In this document: in pieces, positions 12,231 to 24,560 of the stretch
Layout of the letters: the number at the start of each line of letters is the position of its first letter
How positions within the stretch are numbered: the stretch's first letter is position 1
Assembly: GCA_030390025.1 (NCBI GenBank)
Contig: CM059437.1
Coordinates: 54,250,001-54,314,000 of the forward strand
DNA from: Squalus acanthias
Taxonomy: Eukaryota
Direction: 5' to 3'
Length of the DNA: 64,000 nucleotides
Made by a program: the position numbers and the translations under genes
The notes under the pieces: model-generated
Database searches by the model: none
Told to the model about the DNA's origin: nothing
Seen by the model: the letters and a program-made list of their open reading frames with translations, nothing else

Positions 12231-13470
12231 ATTACAGCTACTGGAGGTATTTTGTTTGTAGTTCCTCTGAGGTAGGAATTCCTCTGGTCACTGTGTAATG
12301 TGATACCCTAAATGTCGTGAACATTGCCTCTTGTTTGTCTTGAGAACGTAGAAGCTTAGGAGACGTTCTTTTAGAAGGATTGCGAGTTCACTTGCAATAC
12401 TGATTGAGAGAATATTCATCAAAGCATTTACAATGTCCCACAAATCGTGATTAAATCAATTCCTAACCCACCTGCAAACAAGTTGACTGAAGAACACCCG
12501 GTGATAACACGAAGCTAAACTCAGAGCCACCAATGCACACTGCACAATTCTCGAACGAAATAAAACTCTCGTCGCTCTCACTTAAACAGTATTGGTCATG
12601 TTCAATACAGATGGAGCTACTGTCCCTATTATTGGTTTACTCTCACTATTTTAGGGACCCAATCTTGCTGACTTCATTAAATCCCACGATTAATTGTAAC
12701 CCGTGTTATGCTTCGTTTTTTTCTACACTGTACTTGTCAAATATGTAAATGACTGAGAAAATCGTTAATGGCTGTTTAGGCAGAAACATTTTTGCAGGTG
12801 AGGATGGTGAGCGTGCTGTGGTTTGGACCATCTGTATCTGTATGGGGTTATTCTCTTGTTTTTGTTCTCCTTAACCTAAATATATATTTATATATTCGAT
12901 TCAGACTGTTCATGGTGTTTCACACTGTGTGGTATCCCGGGCGGGGAGAAGACACTACCTGGCTTTCTGTGGCTCTGCTAGGAGGCCAGTTTGAACACAT
13001 ACTGAGCTGGGCCGTTGCACCCTTTGATGGTCAGATTGCTGCTTGTTTCCTTTCAGTATTTTACACGCGATGTACTGCTTGGTTTCAGTGTCTCATCAGC
13101 GAACCACCCTCCTCATGGAAGCACAGTGCGTCTGCATCTGCCCAATATTTAAATGCAAATAATGTGCCCCGGAATGAGCATGGAATTCTTTTATTCTGTT
13201 TCACTTTACCCTGCTCCATTTCCTTGTAATTTGGAGAAACTTTCGCAGTTTAGTTAGATGTGCTCAACAGCGACACTACTGGTCAGAGAAGGGACATCTC
13301 TTTCAAAGGGTCTCCAACCGCAGTGATTCGACACAAAATTGTTCGCTGTCTGACTGAAACATGGCGAGTGCAGCTAATTGAATGAAAATAAAATCGAAGG
13401 CAGGTATTATCGGTTCATCTTAGTAGGCGGCGGAATAACTGTGTGCAACCACGTATTGTGATTGAAAAAC
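12230..13470. promoter_or_regulatory. Conserved non-coding block 3' of the C exon, candidate IgL 3' enhancer
   Basis: Duplicated at about 62810-64000, and the 13255-13470 part also occurs at about 30290-30500. Octamer ATGCAAAT at 13153-13160 (63724-63731 in the paralog) and E-box CAGGTG at 12795-12800 (63366-63371). Confidence 0.4.
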
Positions 13471-13599
13471 TCTTAAACGTCGTGTTCTCGGGGCATTTGA
13501 AGTCAGATCAATATTAATTTTTGGCATTGAATACAACGTGATGTCATCCTGTTATTTACGCCGTTTCTCACTACATGTAATTGCAGGGAATCTGCATCA

Positions 13600-15900
13600 T
13601 AGAAACTGCCTAATTAAGCCCTTCCAACTTATTCCGGCTTTCGGTTAGATGATGGTTGATCTACACCTGACTTCCTTTTACTCGCCTTTGTTCCGTATCT
13701 CTTGATACTCTTACCAAACAAAATCAACTATGGATCACAGTCTTGAAAATGTCAATTGACTCATTAGCAACAGGCTTTGGGAGCGGGTGGGGTGCGGGGG
13801 TGCTCGTTCCAGATTTAAACTACCGTGTGTGTGTGGAAGGGTGCTTCCTGAGTTCATTCCTAAATGGCTCAGCTCCAATGTTAAGATTGTGCCCTCTTTT
13901 TCTGGATTTCCTCATCAGTGGAAATAGTTTCTCTGTATCTGTCCTATCGAATTTATTAATAATGTTAAATACCTCAATGAGATCACTCCTGAGCTGTTAA
14001 AACTCAGAGAAATACAAACAACGTTTACGTAATCTGTCCCCATAATTTACCCCTTTAAGCCCGCGTATCATTCTGCAACGTATCACTTCAAAGATCAATA
14101 TATCTTTCCTGAGGGTCGGTGCCCTAAACTGAATGCAATACTCCAGATGGAGTCTGACCAAGGCTCTGTACAACGGAAGCATTACTCCTTCACTTTTTTA
14201 ATTCGAATCCCCTTGGGATAATGTTCAACATTCCATTATCCTCTTTGAACACTTTTTGCACCTGCACACTAGTTGTTAGTGATTTGTTTACATGGACACC
14301 TAAATCCGTTTGCTCATCCACAGCTCCTGGTTTCTCAGCATTAAGCAATTATTCTTATTTTCATTCTCAGGCTCAAAGTGGATGATGTCATGCTTCCCTA
14401 CATTGAGCTACAGCTGCCAGAATTTTGCCCTTTCACTTAATCTATCTATGTAACCTCCAGCACAGATCCACACAACTTAATGGGCCGGATATTCCGATCC
14501 CTACGGATGGGTACGCGCTGTGTACCCACCCGTAAGGACATTGGAAATGCCGGTTTCTGGCATGCATTGCGCATGCGCTGGAAACCGGCATTTCCGATCT
14601 GTCAACAAAGCTCTTGACAGATCCTCCGGCTGCCCTGGAGAAGGGCCTCTGCGGGCGGAGAGTTCCGCTTTTTTGGAGACCCTCTGCCCGCAGAAAACAC
14701 TTACAATTCTTGCGCCTGGTAATAGCAGGCGTAAGGCCTGCTTTTAACAGGATAAGAGTTAAAAAAAGTAAAAGAATTTTTTTTCCACTGATTTATCATT
14801 TAAAAATACTTTAAAGAAAGGTAAGTTTATTTTTCGCCCCGTTAAAAACTTTAATTATTTTTTTCAAAAATTATAAGTTTTGTTTAAAATAGTTAAATTA
14901 TGTAATTTCAAGTCAGTTTAAAAATGTGATTTTTTTTTAAAATTTCTTTTAAGTTTTACTATGTTTTGGGGGTGATCTCTAATCATATATTTGACAGGTC
15001 TTCCTGTCAAATGTATGAAGGGAGATTCCCTTCTCTGATTGGCTCCCCATCGCCCACGTGATCCCAGGGACGCTGCGATCTACCTGCGCCTCTGGGATAC
15101 GTGGGCCCCGCGCACCGGCAGTTTTTAGAGGCCCAGCAGCGGAACTGTGCGCCTCCGGGGAGCCCTCCGGTCCAGGCGCAGATTTTTCCAGATCGCAGCC
15201 CTCCGCCCGCGGGAGGCCTACGATCGGAATATCTGGGCCAATGTGCCTCCTAACTTAGTGTGATCTGTAAATTTGTATATACAATTCTCTGGGCCTTCAT
15301 CCAAGTCATTAATATATACGGCGAAAAGCTGTGATCACTGACCTGATTCCTAGGGAACACCGCTTATCACATCCATCCAATCAGAGAATGAACCCTTTAT
15401 CCCTACTCACTGTCTCCTGCACCCGCCGCCCACCCCCCCCCCCCCCCCCGCCACCCCAAGCAATTAGCAACCCATAAGTTCAAATAAATTATTAATTTGA
15501 TGTGTCGGTGGTTATCTTATACTTATGCCTCCTTGTTCTGGACTCACCCACAGTGGAAACAGATTCTCCACGTCCCCCCTACCGCACGCTATCATAATTT
15601 TAAACCCTCTACCAAATCTGATAAGACTTCTCTTTTCCAGAGAAAAGAGCCCACCTTTCTATTCTTCCTCATAGTTGCATTCTCCAATTTCTTGTAACAA
15701 ACTTGTAAATATTTTCTGCACTTTCTCCAGTCCTCCGTTTTTTGTAGTATGGAAGTTAGAACTGAGCACAGTTCTATATAAATCTAACTCTCACCACCTG
15801 GTTTTATATTCTATTACTCTAGAAGTGAAGCAGCACTTTGTTTACAATCTTTATGGCCTTAACAACTTGTGTTGCTACTTATAGCGATTGATGAATGTTT
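13600..15900 (-). mobile_element. Degenerate CR1 fragments, host of the MITE at 14482
   Basis: LYRALVRLHLEYCIQF (13997-14182); remnants of KFADD and GVPQ near 15260-15360. Confidence 0.75.
14482..15239. mobile_element. Non-autonomous Harbinger-like MITE (758 bp)
   Basis: TIRs GGGCCGGATATTCCGATC and GGCCCAGATATTCCGATC (16/18 match), 3-bp TSD AAT (14479-14481 and 15240-15242), AT-rich core. Confidence 0.85.
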
Positions 15901-16660
15901 ACTCATAAATCAGTCTGAACAACGAAGACGATGTACTAAGGGGATACCGTACCGAGTGTGTGATTAGTGTGAAGCTCAGTTTAAAAAGCGCGACACTTAT
16001 CTGAGCTGGTTTCAGTCAAGGGCGTCACAGAATCTATAGTTAGGACGCTTTGACTTGCTACTAATAGCAACTTTTTCAATATAACCATTACTGACCAGAG
16101 ATTAAAGTCCTCGGATAGTTTGGAAAAAATCGTGCAATTGCAGAAACTGCACCAAAGCAGGTCCGGGATATCCAAAAGGGAGGCGGTGAGAGGTTTTCCC
16201 TGAATCTGTGTAACCAGATGATTTAGAAGAACTTATACCACCAGCTTAGAGTTATTGTCATAAACAAGGACAAAATAAAGCCAGGTCTATATTTAAAAAT
16301 ATGTTGTAAGATTATTTTCACGAAATGTTAAATTAAAGTTATACGTCGTGTACCGGCTGATTTCACTGACATTACATAAAATGTGCAGAATGTCACAAAG
16401 AATAAAACTTCACTATTTAGTCACATTTAGAAAGTTGCTGTGAATTGCTTCAGGGGTAACGGACAGGAAAGAATAACAGCACCTGAGATAATGGAATAGT
16501 CATTTTATTACACTGTGGTATTTGTAAAGTTACACTTTGATCAGTTCAAGATGAGCACACTGTAAAATACAGACAGCAGAATGCAGCGGACAAACTGTAC
16601 ATCTGTCGTGATTTGAAATGTTCCACTGAAGCTCAAACATCTAATAGCTGATTACGGAAT

Positions 16661-16666
16661 TTTATT
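16661..16666 (-). terminator. Poly(A) signal of IgL cluster A (a second AATAAA lies at 16504-16509)
   Basis: AATAAA on the minus strand, about 52 nt after the C-exon stop. Confidence 0.75.
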
Positions 16667-16718
16667 TTTAAAGAAACTTTCCTAATGTTATAATAGATCA
16701 ATACATACGATTCTTGAA

Positions 16719-17041
16719 TCACATACAGCTGGATCTGGCGATACTTGTTTTAAGCGGGTTTGCCTGAGTCTCGTGTTTAACCACACAGGAGTAAAGCTCG
16801 TGTGAGTTCCACTCTGAGGCTGGCAGAGTCAGATAACTGCTCACACTGAACGTGTTGTCCGTCTCCTGCTGGATCCGACTGGTCTCAACACCATTCCCTC
16901 TCACACTGCCATCGACAGTCCACTCAATCTCCACAGCGCCCGGGTTAAAGCCGTTCACCAAACACACCAGGGTCGCCGTGTTCTTTGCTACGATTTGATC
17001 CGAAGAAGGCGGAAGGACAGAAACCGAGGGGACTCGCGGAC
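16719..17041 (-). CDS. Ig light-chain constant exon, cluster A, intact (shark lambda/type II)
   Basis: Acceptor TTGTCAG|GT. Reads PRVPSVSVLPPSSDQIVAKNTATLVCLVNGFNPGAVEIEWTVDG...SYLTL..SEWNSHELYSCVVKHE...SSCM*. Has both C1-set cysteines, the core Trp and the penultimate inter-chain Cys. Confidence 0.96.
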
Positions 17042-17904
17042 CTGACAAGGAGAAACAAATTAAAGATCCATTCTTAATTGACATAAAAGTCGCAATCAAT
17101 GTTTTACTTTCTTCAAATATTTTAATATTCGGCGACACTGTACAAAGCCAGCAGGAATTTAATATAACGGAACCTAATTAGTGTCAATTGTACAACGACT
17201 GGTGCCCACAGTTCTAGAAAATATAGAACCTGAGAAGATGTTCCTAATTTTCCTACATGGAAAGGAACAGATACAAACCTTTAAAAGGAAATTTAATCTG
17301 ACGCAAAAAATGGGGTCCGAAAATAATAAAAACACAAAAATAGTACTGGGACACAGTATTACATTCAAATGTGCTGGTCTGACGCAATCTGTCACAGACA
17401 GTGTCCCAGGAGCTGAAGATTTAAAAGAATCGTAAAAAGCAATGAATCCGAATTTGGGATAAATATTGGAACCATTGCTGACAGCAAAGATTCTGTCTTA
17501 TTTAACTCAAAACAGTGGATTCTAATCAATTTACTGTTAATGTGGATTGTTTGCTTCTGTCTCCAGTTTTGCTCTTCTTTTGACGGAAGTGGTAAATATT
17601 GGGCTAATATTTGGATTTCTGTACAATCACTGCCACGGCCGCTCTGCTCGGCTCCGCGTTTCCACAAGGTTTCGCGCTCCGTCCGACGGTGACTATATTG
17701 TGTAAAACCTCAGAAGACTGTTCTATCACATTCGAAATACACTGTTTGGAGACATCTCTGGAGTCAGAGTGTCACAAATGTTACGTTTTCATTAAAGAGA
17801 AAGAGTTTCCATCAAAGAACGTCTGTTATTGTAAACAGTTGTATCTATATTGTAAAATTATATCCCCACAATAACCTCAATACGCAAATAATGAAGCCAA
17901 AAAT

Positions 17905-18120
17905 ATCCTGGGCAATAGTTGTCCCTCAACCAACATCGCTAAAACAGATTAACTGGTCCTGATCACATTGCTGTTTGTGGGACCTTGCTGTGCGCAAATG
18001 GGCTGCCGCGTTTCTTACATTACAAGGGTGACTGTACTTCAAAAGTACTTAATTAGCTGTGAAGCGCGTTATGATGTCCTGAGGTCGTCGTAGGCGCTAT
18101 ATCAATGCAAGTTCATTCTT
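17905..18120 (+). mobile_element. 3' half of a Deu-domain SINE (SacSINE1-like) in the J-C intron of cluster A
   Basis: Matches the reverse complement of 46150-46310 (CATTGCTGTTTGTGGGA..TTGCTGTGCG..AATGGGCTGC). Confidence 0.65.
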
Positions 18121-20008
18121 TTTCATTATTAAATAGAAATATCCCCTTGATAGTAACAATGAAATATAACCCAATGTAAGAATGTTGAAGCCGGATTATT
18201 ACAATCTCCTGTCTCTTTAAATTACCTTTCGAAACGAGCATTGGCTACAAGCAAAAGCTGCCAATGAAAAACCCTCGCTAAAATGGTTTATGTAACTTAA
18301 AGCAGCGAAGAAAGGGTTAAAACATTATTTCTTTTCAATACTAGAATTAGAGGCTGGGCCGCTACAATTGGTTCTGGCATTGAGGTGAGGTGCCAGCTAT
18401 ATCGGCGCGTCTCACCAATACTAGGTTTGCCCGGGTCCGTTTCACAATCTATTGCCGTTCTGAGAGGTTCGCCCTGGAGCCTACAACTTCACCTTTCTTT
18501 CTTTACATTATCATTTGGAGGCTGAAATGCGAGTAGCCTGTCAATGCCGCCAACTCCTATTGTCACAGTTGGTTTAATCTCCCTGCATCACCCGGAGTTT
18601 AGATGAACATTCTGATACTGAAATATCTGTAGTCCCTTGGGATTATTGAGCGGAATTTCCTATCAGTTTATATTATTGTCTCAATGCAAGAGTTTTACAA
18701 TGAACTCTCTTTACATTGGCATTAATACCAGAGATGTATTCGCAAAGGAACAACTGATAATATTAAGGAGTATTTTTCTATTTCATATCTCATGTTAGCC
18801 CATTTCACCCTGATGTAGAAGGATAACCAAGTTAAAATAGTGAGAGAATATCCGCATTTTCTGTAATATTACTCCTCATACTGACATTGACCACAGAATC
18901 AGCAGCAAAGCGCAATTGACTGAGTACAAAAGCAGGTGCAAAAATCTGAAAACCGACTCTGAGACATTCCCACACAATTGATCGGATGGGAAGATAATGA
19001 GCCCGTGACTTGTTAAGAACATAGACATCCTGACAATCATTGTTGTTTGTTTCTGTGTTATGCAGGAAATCACTACCTGAATTTTGCGCAACAGTCTGAT
19101 TACTATAGTGATGGGGATTAATGCGAAACGTAGGACTTAGAATCTTGTACTGAATGGTTATCATTGAGTTTGGAGACGAGTGGGAGTGAGTCGCCACACT
19201 ATCCTTCCGCATCTCAATCTAAGAATGGTGATACATCGCGGCTGCGCTTTAAGTGGAATGAAAACGGCATTGTAAAGGATTTGAATTTATGTTTGTAGCC
19301 TTTTGAGCGGGGCGATAAGGGCCGGCTGTAAGCCAGTCTGAAAGACTATGTGGAATTCATAGAATTATACAGCATGGAAGGAGGCTGATCGCGCCCTTTG
19401 TAAGACACGTCCACTTAATCCATTTCCCATACATTTGGATTTCCTTTTTCAATGTTTATCCACTTCCCATTTAATCGCCACTATGGTTCTCCTCTCCCCA
19501 CTCTTACAGCGAGGACACTGCAGTCCTACCAGTCCCTTGCTTAAAGAAAATATCCTAATTTGTCCCTTCGTTGTTCCAGACATGACGTTCAATTTATGTC
19601 CTCAGGTTACCGACTGGCCGACGAGTGAAAATATTTTTCATCTTGCTGGAACAAAATGGCCCATAATTCTGAACATGTCCAGCAGATCACAGCGTCAGCT
19701 TCTAGTGAATCCAGCTTCATTCGTTTCTCTCGTATCTAAAACCTCGCAGTACTGGCATCTACTTAATAAATTCCCCCTAAACCCTCTCCAAGTTCTGGAT
19801 ACCCTCCGTAAAGTCGCGCGTCCTTTGTGCCCGGCTATCTCTTAAATATCACTGGACGCTAATTAGAAGCTCCATATAAATATATTTTAAGAGCAATAAT
19901 CTTGATTTACACCAATTCAATCGAGCAAGCCAATTATTTAAACGTAATTTTTGATTTTGCTTCAGTAATGTTGCAAATGTTAGAGGACATTACAAATAAT
20001 TAACTTAC

Positions 20009-20348
20009 TCTCCAGATTCAGCTTGGTTCCTCTCCCGAAAATGAAGCCATCGGTACTGCTAAGCGTCGCACCACAGTAATAATCGGCGGCGTCCTCGGAC
20101 TGCACGTTGGTGATGGTCAAATCCATCCTCGATGAGTCCACATTCCCGGTAAATCGATCTGGAATCCCCGAAGCTCTGGACCTCTCATACCAAACAAGCA
20201 CAGGGGCACTGCCGGGTTTTTTGCCAGTACCAGCTCGTGTAATAGCTGCTGATGCTGCCTCCGGTCATGGTGCAGCTGATCGTGACGGTTCTTCCCGGGG
20301 AGGTTGAGATGGACATTGGCTGAGTCAGGGCAGGATCCGCGTTTATAC
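20009..20348 (-). pseudogene. Germline-joined VJ exon, cluster A, with a +1 frameshift
   Basis: Acceptor CACCAG|GT. Reads INADPALTQPMSISTSPGRTVTISCTMTGGSISSYYTSWYWQK; the A6 run (20217-20222) then shifts the frame to a TGA at 20185-20187. The other frame continues PGSAPVLVW...GIPDRF...EDAADYYCGATLSSTDGFIFGRGTKLNLE to a GTAAGT donor. No RSS between V and J. The exon is 340 nt; 339 would be in frame. Confidence 0.92.
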
Positions 20349-20488
20349 CTGGTGACATAATAAGTTATGGATCAGTCACACTCTGCAATTGTGAACATTG
20401 CTTGTAATTCAGGCCCACTCAACGCAAGCACCAAAAAAATCAGGGCAATGTAATAGCAGCGATACTGAAGGTTAGCGCTTGTACTTAC

Positions 20489-20537
20489 TGTGGAGACAGA
20501 ACATCAGGGCGGCGAGAACACGAACCCATTCAGTCAT
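20489..20537 (-). CDS. Leader exon, IgL cluster A (MTEWVRVLAALMFCLH-S)
   Basis: ACCATG start, 49 nt, phase-1 GTAAGT donor, hydrophobic signal peptide. Confidence 0.92.
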
Positions 20538-20609
20538 GGTGAAGGATCTGGTGAGGGTCAGAAGCAAAATAGTTCCTGACACGAATGTGGCTCTGGGTTC
20601 TTTCTAAAC

Positions 20610-20726
20610 TTCTCCTTAAGAAGTTTCAAACATCGCAACGTCATTGAATATTAATTAAGCATGCAAATCTCCATCCACATGAAATCGGGCTATAGGATCC
20701 TGTCCTGTGTTGACTGACATTTGCAT
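20610..20726 (-). promoter_or_regulatory. IgL V promoter, cluster A, with two octamers
   Basis: ATTTGCAT on the coding strand at 20661-20668 (light-chain orientation) and an inverted octamer at 20719-20726. A TGACG-containing block at about 20630-20645 is shared with cluster B. TTAAG TATA-like element at about 20615. Confidence 0.8.
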
Positions 20727-21039
20727 AAAGCGCATCCCAGCCATTTTAGAAAAAAGAGAAACAAAGAGTCAAAGAGATAGAATACAACACGCAAATGATT
20801 GAATACAGCAAAATGAAAGGTGTGGTGAGACAAGGAGGAGCGATTAGATGAGTCCAGGCTTGGGTTTTAGAAGTCTGAAGTTTATAATAGAGAGGGAAAG
20901 CTGAGGGCGGTAAGCGGCTTAATAGCTATGGGATCTACGGGAAAATGAATTGGTTAAGCAGCAAGTTTTATTAACGGATCTGAGAGAGATATTTTAGTTC
21001 ACAGGAAAGAGTGAGGATTGAAGAACAAAGGGTGAACAG

Positions 21040-22473
21040 ATTCCAGAACAGTTCCCGCAGATTGGAAAGTAGCAAATGTAACCCCACACTTTAAGAAAGG
21101 AGCGAGAGAGAAAACGCGGTACTACAGATTGGTTAGCCTGACATCTGTAGAAGGAAAAATGCTAGAATCTATTTTTAAGGACGTGGCAACAGGGCAATTA
21201 GAAAATAATAATAGGATTGGGCAGAGTCAACACGGATTTATGAAAGAGAAATCATGTTTGATGAATCTGTTAGGGATTTTTGAGGTTGTAACTAGCAGAA
21301 TAGCTAAGTGGGAACCAGTGGATGTAATGTATTTGGATTTTCAGAAAGCATTCGATAAGGTGCCACACAAGAGGTTATTAAACAAAATTAGGGCTCATGG
21401 GATTGGGGAGTAATGGACTGAGGATTGGTTAACGGACAGAAAACAGGGAGTAGGAATAAACGCGTCATTTTCGGGCTGGCTGGTGGGGTACCACAAGGAT
21501 CAGTGCTTGGGCCTCAGTTATTCATGATCTATATCAATGATTTGGATGAGGGGACAAAATGTAATATTTCCAAGTTTGCTGATGATAAAAAGCTGGGTGG
21601 GAATGTAAGTTCTGAGGAGGATGCAATGAGGCTTAAAGGGGATATAGACAGGCTAAGTGAGTGGGCAAGCACATGGCAAATGGAATATAATGTGGAGAAA
21701 TGTGAATTTCTCCCCTTGGGTAGAAAAATAGAAACACAGAGTAATTTTTTAAATGGTGAGAGATTGGGAAAAGTTCATGTTCAGAGGGATCGGGGTGTCC
21801 TTGTACACGAATCACTGAAATTTAACATGCAGGTACAGACCTTTATTACAAGAGGATTTGAGTATGAGAGTAAAGATGTCTTACTGCAATTATATATGGC
21901 CCTTGTGAGACCACACCTGGAGTATTGTATACAGTTTTGGTCTCCTTACCTAAGGAAGAATATACTTGCCATAGAGGAATGAAGGGTCACCAGACTGGTT
22001 CATGTGATGGGGGGATTGTCCTATGAGGAGAGATTGAGTAGACTAGGCCTATATTCTCTAGAGTTTAGAAGAATGAGAGGTGATTTCATTGAAACATTAA
22101 AAATTCTTACAGGGCTTGAGAGGGTAGATGCAAGGAGGATGTTTCCCCTGGCTGGGGTGACTAGGACCAGGGTTCACAGTCTCAGAATAAGGAGTCGGCC
22201 ATTTAGGACTGAGATGAGGAGAAATTTCTTCACTCAGAGGGTGGTGAATCTTTGGAATTCTCTACCCCAGAGGGCTGTGGAGGCTCAGTCGTTGAGAATA
22301 TTCAAGACAGAGATCGATAGATTTTTGCATATTAAGAGAATCAAGGGATATGGGGATAGTGCAGGAAAGTGGAGATGAGGTATAAGTTCCCCATGATCTT
22401 ATTGAATGGTGGAGCAGGCTCGAAGGGCCAAATGGCCTACTCCTGCTTCTATTTCTTATGTTCTTATGTTCTT
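21040..22473 (+). mobile_element. 5'-truncated CR1 LINE
   Basis: [28 protein letters not shown] and LVRPHLEYC motifs; (TTCTTATG)n tail. Confidence 0.92.
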
Positions 22474-22810
22474 CTGAGTCAAATGTAATAGTTATTTATT
22501 AGACTTGTGATTGATATGGAAAACGGGAAGCTGAAATCCAGCAGTGCCATGTTATTGTAGGAACCGTTGTTTGAAATTGCATTGCTTCCTTGTTTAAAAA
22601 CAGCAAACAAAAAGACATATCATACAAATGCTTTAAATGTTGATAACTAACAACTTACCGCACGACATCACTAAATGTGCCTTGGAAGAATTGAAAGAAG
22701 CAACATTTTCATTGTCCAGCTGAAGGGCACAGAAGTGAGCAACAAGTAACGATTCAATCAAGGCACTGAGAGAACTGACGATCGTGGGTGCAGATGGTGT
22801 CCCATAAGTT

Positions 22811-24560
22811 CATAGAATCATAGAATGTTACAGCACAGAAGAAGGCCATTCGGCCCATTGCGCCTATGTCTGTTCTGTGAAGGAGCTATCCAATTAGACT
22901 CACTGCGCTGCTCTTTCCCGATAGCCCAACATATTTCCCACCTTCAAGTGTTTATCCCATTCCCTTTTGAAAGCTATTATTGAATCTTCTTCCACCAAAC
23001 TTGCAGACACTGTATTCCAGATCATAACAACTCGCTGCGTATATTTTTCCTCATATCGCCTCTGCTTCTTTTGCCAAATTACCTTAAATCGTTGTCCTCT
23101 GGTTACCGACACTTCTGGCACTGGAAACAGTTTCTCCTTATTTACTCAATCAAGCTCCTTTAGGAACACCTCCATCAAATCTTGCCTTAAACTTCGCTGC
23201 TCTAAGGAAAATAACCTCAGTTTCCCTAGTCTCCCCTTGTAACTGAAGTCTTTCCTTACTGGTACCATTCTAGTAAATCCCTGCACGCTCTCTAAGGCCT
23301 TGACATCCTCCCTAATGAGTACTGCCCAACATTGGACGCAATACTCCAGCTCGGGCCTAACCAGTGTTTTATAAAGGTTTAGCAAATCTTCCTAGCTCTT
23401 TTACTCTTTAACTCTGCTTATTAAGTCTCTAGCTTTATCAACCCTCTCCGTTACTTCATCAAAGATTTCAATCACGTTAGTCAAACACGATTTGCCTTTA
23501 AAAAATGATTGCTTGCCTTCAGGATCCGTATGCCTTGCGAACTGTCTTCTCAATTTATCCTGCCACTTTCAAAGACTTGTGTACTTTCACCCAGGTCTCT
23601 ATATTTCTGCAACCCCTTTAAAAATGTACCATTCCGTTTATATTGCCTCTTCTCATTCTTTCTAGCAAGATTTCTTCTCACATCTCTGCATTAAATTTAA
23701 TCTGTCATGTCTCTGCCCATTTCAACAGACTGGCTATGTCCTCCTGGCGTCTGTTACTATCCTCCTCACTGTTTACTACATTTCCGAGTTTCGTGCCATC
23801 TGCAACACTTTGAAATTAGACCACGTAGATCTAAGCCAAGGTCATGAATATTTATCAAGAAGAGCAGTGGTCCCCAACACTGACTTCCAGTCTGAAAACA
23901 ACCACTCAGCACTAATCTCTGTGTTCTGTCCCTTAACCAATTATGTATCCATGCTGCCACTACCCCTTAATCCAATAGGCTTTAATTTCGCTAAAAAGTC
24001 TATTATGTTATACTGTATCAAATAACTTTTGAAAGTCCAGATACACTGCTTTAACCACACTGCCCTCATCAATCCTCTCCATTACTTTATTAAAGAACGG
24101 AATCAAGTTAGTCAAACAGGATTTGTCTTCAACAAAGCTGTGCGGGCTTTCAGTTATTAATCCATATTTTTCCAGTTGGCCACGAATTTTGTCGCAGATT
24201 GTTGTCTGTAAATGTTCCCCAACCGCTAACGTTAGGCTGACTGGCCTGTCGTTGCTAGGTTTATCCTTCTTCCCTTTTTTGAACAGGGGTATAACATTCG
24301 AAATCTTCCAGCCTTCTGCCCCCACTTCCATATCTAAGCAAGATTGGAAGTTGCGGCAAGAGCCCCCGCAATTTGCATCCTTCCTTCCCTCAGCAATCTA
24401 AGATGCATCCATCAGGACCGGGTGACTTTTTCAGTTTGAATGCTGCCAACCTTTTATGTGCCTCTTCTTCATCTATTTTTGTCCTATCCAATTGTTCCAC
24501 AGTCTGCTCCTTTATTGTGACATTGGCCTCATCCTCTTCTTTAGTGAATGTCACAGTAAA
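22811..24560 (-). mobile_element. Degenerate CR1 LINE
   Basis: KSPGPDG, RPVSLT, YLDFQK and LVRPELEYCVQ on the minus strand; CATAGAAT tail at 22811. Confidence 0.85.

Noticed and set aside
13122-13128. Perfect CACAGTG heptamer (also at about 63694-63700)
   Set aside because: No ACAAAAACC-like nonamer at 12 or 23 nt spacing and no adjacent V or J segment.
12533-13229. ORFs 12533-12748 and 12792-13229, echoed at 63104-63566, as a conserved gene
   Set aside because: Stops and frames differ between the paralogs; the similarity reflects DNA duplication.
20210-20225. Programmed ribosomal frameshift rescuing VJ(A)
   Set aside because: Rescue needs a +1 shift, there is no in-frame X XXY YYZ heptamer, and A6 is short for transcriptional slippage.
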